Shown here: positions 5,690-10,539 of the stretch, piece by piece | Layout of the letters: the number at the start of each line of letters is the position of its first letter | Numbering within the stretch: position 1 is the stretch's first letter | Origin: a virus | Length of the DNA: 10,539 bases | Virus genome (UHGV): UHGV-0159509 | Direction: 5' to 3' (one strand) | Translations under genes and position numbers: made by a program | The notes under the pieces: model-generated | Databases searched by the model: none | What the model was told of the DNA's origin: nothing | Seen by the model: the letters and a program-made list of their open reading frames with translations, nothing else

Positions 5690-6226
5690 ATGTCATTTAT
5701 TAAAACTTTTTCCGGGAAGCATTTTTATTATGACAGGATAAATAAAGACGACATCGTTATTAACGATATCGCGGTTTCCCTTTCAAATATCTGTCGCTTT
5801 GCAGGACATCTTTCACACTTCTACAGCGTCGCCCAACATGCGGTGCTTTGCAGCCAGCTGGTGCCGCAGGAATTTGCTTTTGAAGCGTTAATGCATGATG
5901 CAACAGAAGCGTATTGCCAGGACATCCCCGCACCACTGAAACGCCTTCTTCCTGACTATAAACGGATGGAAGAAAAAATAGACGCCGTAATCCGTGAGAA
6001 ATACGGGTTACCCCCAGTTATGAGTACGCCCGTGAAATATGCCGATCTCATCATGCTGGCAACCGAACGCCGCGATCTCGGGCTTGATGATGGCTCTTTC
6101 TGGCCTGTACTGGAAGGTATCCCGGCAACAGAGATGTTCAAAGTGATTCCACTGGCACCGGGCCATGCCTACGGGATGTTTATGGAACGTTTTAACGAGT
6201 TATCGGAGTTACGCAAATGCGCATGA
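5690..6226 (+). CDS. yfdR: HD-domain phosphohydrolase, YfdR-like 5'-deoxynucleotidase
   Basis: 178 aa from ATG 5690 with SD GGAGA (5-nt spacer). HD-domain motifs H...H (VAQHAVLCSQ) and HD (LMHDATEAY) plus a downstream Asp (YADLIM). Size matches E. coli YfdR (178 aa) as I recall it. Confidence 0.8.
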   Translation: MSFIKTFSGKHFYYDRINKDDIVINDIAVSLSNICRFAGHLSHFYSVAQHAVLCSQLVPQEFAFEALMHDATEAYCQDIPAPLKRLLPDYKRMEEKIDAVIREKYGLPPVMSTPVKYADLIMLATERRDLGLDDGSFWPVLEGIPATEMFKVIPLAPGHAYGMFMERFNELSELRKCA

Positions 6227-6696
6227 ATGTTTTCGAAATGGAAGGGTTTCTTCGCGGGAAATGTGTACCGCGAGATCTGAAAGTGAACGAAACAAACGCT
6301 GAGTACCTGGTGCGTAAATTTGCTGAAGCTGAGGCCAAGTGCGCGGCGCTGGCCGAAGACCAACAGAAAGCGATTGAGTCAATTAAGCAGGCTGATGCGG
6401 CTGTTAAGTTGGCACACGAGAAGTTTTCGGCGCTGGCGGCGGAGAATGCGGGGCTGAAACATGCAATGGCTGTAACTCTTGAGCATGTGTCGGTCACGGA
6501 TGCAGGGCAGGCCGGAGTTGCTGCAATGATTATCAACGATGCCCTGCACCACAGCGAAACCCCAGCCACCGATGCTTTCCTGGCTGAAGTACGGGCGCAG
6601 GGCGTGGAGATGTTTGCGGAGTGTGCATACACACTTGAACATCATGATCACGCAGTAGCCTTCGCCGCTGAGCTTCGCAAAGGAGGCAACCAGTGA
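6217..6696 (+). CDS. Hypothetical early protein (159 aa), Ala-rich, predicted helical
   Basis: ATG at 6217 with SD GGAG 8 nt upstream, overlapping the stop of the preceding gene. Its stop overlaps the next gene's GTG (GTGA). Confidence 0.65.
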   Translation: MRMNVFEMEGFLRGKCVPRDLKVNETNAEYLVRKFAEAEAKCAALAEDQQKAIESIKQADAAVKLAHEKFSALAAENAGLKHAMAVTLEHVSVTDAGQAGVAAMIINDALHHSETPATDAFLAEVRAQGVEMFAECAYTLEHHDHAVAFAAELRKGGNQ

Positions 6697-7208
6697 GCGA
6701 AATTAATTACCAGGCACTGCGTGAGGCGGCGGAACGTGCAATTCCAGCAATGGAACGCCTGTTAATGTTGCCAGCTGATGATGATTTGTTAAGTGAACAA
6801 GAACTTAAAGATTACGGTGTGGATATTGATGCGCTCAACGCCTTCAAATTTCTGGCCGGACCAGAAACCGTGCTGGCGCTTCTGGATGAACGGGAAAGAA
6901 ACCAGCAATACATCAAACGCCGCGACCAGGAAAACGAGGAGATTGCGTTAACGGTAGGGAAGCTGCGCGTTGAGCTTGAAGCAGCAAAATCAAAACTCAA
7001 CGAGCAGCGTGAATATTACGAGGGAGTAATCGCGGATGGAAGTAAGCGCATAGCAGAACTGGAGGAGCGGGAAATACTGCTCCCGGAACGTAGCAGCATG
7101 CTTCATCGAACAGATTTTCACGAGGATTACCAAACGGTAATGGCATACAAAGTTTCTGAAGTCATCGCTGCAATCCGCGCCGCTGGCATTCGCATCAAAG
7201 GAGAGTGA
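6693..7208 (+). CDS. Ead/Ea22-like protein
   Basis: 171 aa with GTG start at 6693 and strong SD AGGAGG (6-nt spacer). The N-terminus (MSEINYQALREAAE), central LDERERNQQYIKRRDQENEEIALTVGKLRVELE and C-terminal AGIRIKGE resemble the lambda Ea22 family from memory. Confidence 0.75.
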   Translation: MSEINYQALREAAERAIPAMERLLMLPADDDLLSEQELKDYGVDIDALNAFKFLAGPETVLALLDERERNQQYIKRRDQENEEIALTVGKLRVELEAAKSKLNEQREYYEGVIADGSKRIAELEEREILLPERSSMLHRTDFHEDYQTVMAYKVSEVIAAIRAAGIRIKGE

Positions 7209-7209
7209 G

Positions 7210-7401
7210 ATGGACGGACAAATATCAATCGTTCGACCAGGAGCATGTGACGATCGCGAAATACGAATAATTATTCGTCTGGCAATGGGGAAAGCAATAA
7301 CTGCTCTCATTACCCCAGAAAATCTCGCATTAGCATTAACAGGAAAGTCAGACCTGCCAGTAGAGCTAAAGCTGCGAAATGTTGAGATTAAGGTGAAATA
7401 G
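7210..7401 (+). CDS. Hypothetical small protein (63 aa)
   Basis: ATG at 7210, 1 nt after the preceding stop, with SD GGAGAG. Embedded in a tightly coupled operon. Confidence 0.55.
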   Translation: MDGQISIVRPGACDDREIRIIIRLAMGKAITALITPENLALALTGKSDLPVELKLRNVEIKVK

Positions 7402-7403
7402 CT

Positions 7404-8069
7404 ATGACCACTATTACCAAAGAACGTATCGAATTATTCATTAAAAATCCGCTTGAAAACGGGCTTACTCGTGGCGAACAAATGGAACTGGCACGAATTG
7501 CACTGGCATCACTGGAACGCGAACAGATTCGCCACGAGCATGCCAAATGGTCTGACTCCACATTTGGCTGCGTTGGCCCCATTGGTCCACTGAAACACCT
7601 CTCAAAAGAGGCACTGGAAGCCGCAGCCGAACCAGAAGATCTTAGCGAGTGGGCTGATATGCAGTTTCTGTTGTGGGATGCACAGCGCCGTGCTGGCATC
7701 AGCGATGCTGAAATTACCGCTGCTATGGAAGATAAATTGAAGATCAACATGGAGCGCCAGTGGCCTGAGCCAAAAGATGGTGAGCCTCGCTTGCACATTA
7801 AAGAACCCGGCAACTATCCGGTAACTCCGGATAGTTGGATAAGCTGTAGTGATCGAATGCCAGAAATGGGAGAGCGACAATGCTATGCGTTAGCGGCTGA
7901 CTTTAAAAACAACTACCCGCCACACATCCCCAACACTCAGGTCGGCGTATATGGCGACTGGTTTAATGATGGCGATCCCACTTGGGTTGACGGTGATGGC
8001 GAAGACCTGTATCTCAAAGAGGTAACCCACTGGATTCCGCTACCAGAACCGCCGCAGGAGGTGAAGTGA
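7404..8069 (+). CDS. DUF550 (MazG-like NTP pyrophosphohydrolase-type) / DUF551 fusion protein
   Basis: 221 aa with ATG at 7404 and SD AAGGTGA. The N-terminal half resembles DUF550/MazG-like prophage proteins. The C-terminus ends in the DUF551-typical HWIPLPEPP motif. Confidence 0.75.
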   Translation: MTTITKERIELFIKNPLENGLTRGEQMELARIALASLEREQIRHEHAKWSDSTFGCVGPIGPLKHLSKEALEAAAEPEDLSEWADMQFLLWDAQRRAGISDAEITAAMEDKLKINMERQWPEPKDGEPRLHIKEPGNYPVTPDSWISCSDRMPEMGERQCYALAADFKNNYPPHIPNTQVGVYGDWFNDGDPTWVDGDGEDLYLKEVTHWIPLPEPPQEVK

Positions 8070-8641
8070 TGAACAACTTAATGATCGACCTTGAGACGAT
8101 GGGGAAAAATAAGGATGCACCGATCGTTTCCATTGGCGCGGTGTTCTTCACTCCAGAAACCGGAGACATCGGACAAGAATTCTATACGGTTGTTAGCCTG
8201 GAAAGTGCTATGGGGCAAGGAGCTACACCTGACGGCGATACCATCCTGTGGTGGTTGAAACAAAGCCCTGAAGCACGAGCTGCAATCTGTATTGATGATA
8301 CTTTGTCGATCAGCGATGCACTCTCTGAACTGAGCCATTTCATTAATCGGCACGCAGACAATACGAAATATTTAAAAGTCTGGGGTAACGGAGCCACCTT
8401 CGACAACGTAATTTTACGTGGAGCTTATGAGCGAGCAGGACAAATCTGCCCGTGGGCATACTGGAATGACCACGATGTACGCACGATCGTTACGCTTGGG
8501 CGTTCCATCGGATTCGACCCCAAAATGGACATGCCTTTCGATGGCGAACGGCACAACGCCCTGGCTGATGCCCGTCATCAGGCAAAATATGTTTCCGCTA
8601 TCTGGCAGAAATTAATTCCTGCCACCAGCACAGAATTATGA
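8069..8641 (+). CDS. DnaQ-like (DEDDh) 3'-5' exonuclease
   Basis: 190 aa from ATG 8069 with SD AGGAGG (7-nt spacer); start overlaps the upstream stop. Exo I motif IDLET near the N-terminus and Exo III-like H-x4-D (HNALADARH) near the C-terminus. Confidence 0.8.
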   Translation: MNNLMIDLETMGKNKDAPIVSIGAVFFTPETGDIGQEFYTVVSLESAMGQGATPDGDTILWWLKQSPEARAAICIDDTLSISDALSELSHFINRHADNTKYLKVWGNGATFDNVILRGAYERAGQICPWAYWNDHDVRTIVTLGRSIGFDPKMDMPFDGERHNALADARHQAKYVSAIWQKLIPATSTEL

Positions 8642-8677
8642 TTTTCCCGGGTGCAGCCGGTTTTGATGGAGAAAATT

Positions 8678-8959
8678 ATGAACACCTTGTTTTTACTGAT
8701 GGCTGAATTCAATACCCCAAACATTGAACTCTCAGCAGTTAGCCAAAAGTACTTTGGTATGAGTCCAGCCACGGCAGAAGCAAAAGCAAACGCTTGTAAG
8801 TTGCCCGTTCCAACATATCGCATCGGCACATCACAAAAAGCAAAACGTTGCATCAATATTCAGGATCTTGCGGAATACATAGACAAAAGACGAGAAGAAG
8901 GACGTATCGAGTGGGAACAGGTCAGAACAAGCAAACAGAAGGGCAAAGAACATCACTAA
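8678..8959 (+). CDS. Excisionase-like / PrtN-family DNA-binding protein (putative Xis)
   Basis: 93 aa from ATG 8678 with SD GGAG (6-nt spacer). Resembles the PrtN/excisionase-like family (MNTLFLLMAEF..., basic C-terminus). Last gene of the early-left operon, the classic xis position. Confidence 0.6.
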   Translation: MNTLFLLMAEFNTPNIELSAVSQKYFGMSPATAEAKANACKLPVPTYRIGTSQKAKRCINIQDLAEYIDKRREEGRIEWEQVRTSKQKGKEHH

Positions 8960-8961
8960 AT

Positions 8962-8987
8962 AAAAAACCCGCCTTTAGGCGGGTTTT
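8962..8987. terminator. Bidirectional rho-independent terminator between convergent operons
   Basis: AAAAAA-CCCGCC-TTTA-GGCGGG-TTTT: perfect 6-bp GC stem with a 4-nt loop, flanked by an A-run and a T-run, so it can terminate both strands. Confidence 0.85.
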
Positions 8988-9006
8988 CAAAAAGCACCAG
9001 CTATGA

Positions 9007-9180
9007 TCATGCTGCTTTGAGACGACGAAGCTTACCCTGCTGCTCTTTACCAGAGACAGTAGCGTGAGTGAACGCATTAGGAGCAGCCTTCATCAGAACT
9101 TCAACAGCAGCACCCATACCTGCGAATGCTTTCATTGTGTCGAACTTAACCTGTGGCTTGGTTGCTTTTTGATCTTCCAT
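9007..9180 (-). CDS. Hypothetical small protein (57 aa), absent from the ORF track
   Basis: Found by hand translation of the minus strand: ATG at 9180-9178 with SD AGGAG (6-nt spacer), stop TGA at 9009-9007. Product MEDQKATKPQVKFDTMKAFAGMGAAVEVLMKAAPNAFTHATVSGKEQQGKLRRLKAA. Sits 39 nt downstream of the 139-aa gene and just before the bidirectional terminator. Confidence 0.5.
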   Translation of the reverse strand: MEDQKATKPQVKFDTMKAFAGMGAAVEVLMKAAPNAFTHATVSGKEQQGKLRRLKAA

Positions 9181-9219
9181 AGAAAACTCCTGAAGTTATA
9201 CCGAAACAATTCCTGTTGT

Positions 9220-9639
9220 TTACTCATCATCAATAGATGATACGCAATATTTATTTTTAAATTTAAGGTTCTTTGGCGTAACTTCATCAGATATATCAAA
9301 ACCGTCCAGAATTCTATTGAATGTAGCTTCTGGCATATCATCATGAACGGAAATCTCACCCGATCGCTGCTTTCTAACCATGTTATCCACTCGCCAAATT
9401 ATAGCTTCAGCGTAAACAACATAACTTGGATGCTTGATAAAGCGATGATCACCAGAATTCAAGACGCAAGACGGATCGTGGGGGACACCATCCTTGATAC
9501 TAGAAATATTAACAACTAAAACACAATAACAATCGTTAACGGGGTAATAAACAGGATCATTACAAATCACATGAAGATGATTGCATGGCCCAGTTGGGGC
9601 AAGCACAGTTCCTTTCCTGTATGGCTGATAATCCGTCAT
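9220..9639 (-). CDS. Hypothetical protein (139 aa), candidate toxin/effector partner of the Panacea-domain protein
   Basis: ATG at 9639-9637 overlaps the upstream gene's stop by 4 nt (ATGA). Soluble, Cys/His-containing (GPCNHLHVICNDPVYYPVNDCYC... DH ... VHDD), AT-rich. No recognisable family. Confidence 0.65.
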   Translation of the reverse strand: MTDYQPYRKGTVLAPTGPCNHLHVICNDPVYYPVNDCYCVLVVNISSIKDGVPHDPSCVLNSGDHRFIKHPSYVVYAEAIIWRVDNMVRKQRSGEISVHDDMPEATFNRILDGFDISDEVTPKNLKFKNKYCVSSIDDE

Positions 9640-10208
9640 GATAATTGCAAAGAAAATTCCTTAAGTTTCTGAGATTCTTCCATTTTGCCAATTATGCGAT
9701 TAGCCTCATCCTCGCTTTTACCCTCACTGATCAGCATTTCTTTCAGGTCTATAGGCTTACGAGAATTGCCAGGATCGTGCCACTCTGGACAAACGCTTTC
9801 TAAATGCGTCATATTTGCGAGATCAAATCGGTTCATATGCCCATACAGAGAATAGATTTCATCTAAAATCCGGATATCTGCACGGCTCAACTCATCAAAG
9901 ACCTCGTCTGCATCCATTTCCCTCGGATCTGAACGCAACAACACATCATGCCCGTTCGTCTCTATCAGGTTGTACCAGTAGTCACCAATACCTTCAGCCT
10001 TACCACGAATCAAGTTCAGCGTATTCGACATGACTGGACCAAATTTCATAGAGTAAAGGCTATCTTCGCCGATCATCCTGCCATGCTTCAAAATCGACTG
10101 GCGGTTAGACAGATAGAGCAACTTCATCAATTTCAGATATGCCATGCGCCCACCTCGCTTAAGAAGTAGGTATGCAGCCATTTGAGCTACTTTTTCTTCG
10201 CAAAACAT
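9636..10208 (-). CDS. Panacea (DUF4065/SocA-like) domain protein, putative antitoxin PanA
   Basis: 190 aa with ATG at 10208-10206 and SD GAGG on the minus strand. The N-terminal region (VAQMAAYLLLKRGGRMAYLKLMKLLYLSNRQSILKHGRMIGEDSLYSMKFGPVMSNTL) follows the conserved DUF4065/Panacea pattern as I recall it. First gene of a two-gene overlapping cassette. Confidence 0.75.
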   Translation of the reverse strand: MFCEEKVAQMAAYLLLKRGGRMAYLKLMKLLYLSNRQSILKHGRMIGEDSLYSMKFGPVMSNTLNLIRGKAEGIGDYWYNLIETNGHDVLLRSDPREMDADEVFDELSRADIRILDEIYSLYGHMNRFDLANMTHLESVCPEWHDPGNSRKPIDLKEMLISEGKSEDEANRIIGKMEESQKLKEFSLQLS

Positions 10209-10340
10209 ATAAGAAACCTCAAAGATAGTGAACTTTGTAATTATTCTCGATACTTCATGGGTTGCTTCATCACCAACATGAGCTTCTTATGGTGTGCCCA
10301 CTTAGGCCTAAGCAACTAGTTACCTTGTTTGTCAAGTTTA
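10209..10340 (-). promoter_or_regulatory. AT-rich upstream region of the Panacea operon with a consensus -35 (TTGACA)
   Basis: Minus-strand TTGACA (rc of 10330-10335). No convincing -10 identified by eye. Confidence 0.25.
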
Positions 10341-10539
10341 TAGCTGGCTTTAATCATGGTCAATTGAAGTGATGAGCAAATGATGCTTTCTAAGAATAAC
10401 AGGTTCCCAATAGGCTCCCACAAAGTGTATAACTAGTTGTTTTTCAAAAACGGTACATCCTATCGAGCATTGGTGCAACGCTAAACCGACCACTCCAGTG
10501 AACGTCAGTTTTTTCAGGCATTGCGCTGGTTTGGTTGAT

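Noticed and set aside
5205-8856. Minus-strand ORFs 5205..5450, 5956..6141, 6169..6363, 6192..6632, 6379..6651, 6812..7000, 6990..7310, 7388..7813, 7602..7880, 8078..8353, 8182..8406, 8578..8856 and plus-strand 8418..8615
   Set aside because: All are antisense to, or out of frame within, the tightly coupled plus-strand early-left genes. They lack SDs and have Ser/Arg/Ala-rich products typical of shadow ORFs.
9132-10169. ORFs 9132..9359 (-), 9815..10033 (+) and 9948..10169 (+)
   Set aside because: They overlap the better-supported 57-aa, 139-aa and Panacea-domain genes in other frames or on the other strand, with no start signals.
1-10539. CRISPR arrays, tRNA/rRNA genes, transposase or IS elements
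   Set aside because: No regularly spaced repeat-spacer array, no cloverleaf-like tRNA candidates, no rRNA-like sequence, and no transposase ORF or terminal inverted repeats were seen. The only repeat arrays are the iterons and the two short direct repeats.

Overview
This window reads as the immunity, replication and early-left region of a lambdoid enterobacterial prophage, with gene content resembling the E. coli CPS-53/KplE1 yfdP-yfdQ-yfdR neighbourhood. All calls are made by eye from the sequence and the ORF track; no database search or folding was run. Layout: (i) a leftward operon on the minus strand, 2099 down to 1, encoding a Cro-like HTH protein, a CII-family regulator, a 112-aa ORF and an O-like replication initiator whose coding sequence contains an iteron array (putative ori); a further gene appears to start at position 6 and run off the window. 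(ii) A divergent operator/promoter region (2100-2196) and a CI-like HTH/S24-peptidase repressor on the plus strand with a clean intrinsic terminator. (iii) An AT-rich accessory insert between the repressor and the early-left operon, holding a convergent gene pair (68 aa plus-strand, 144 aa minus-strand), an rrn-type boxA with adjacent hairpin, direct repeats, and a ~400-bp GC-rich highly structured non-coding island. (iv) A translationally coupled early-left operon on the plus strand (4310-8959) ending in an excisionase-like gene and a bidirectional terminator. (v) A convergent AT-rich minus-strand operon (10208-9007) encoding a Panacea/DUF4065 antitoxin-like protein overlapping a 139-aa unknown partner, plus a 57-aa ORF absent from the ORF track. 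The best candidates for an undescribed system are the Panacea-led pair and the immunity-region insert with its structured RNA-like island. No rRNA, tRNA, CRISPR array or transposase was seen.
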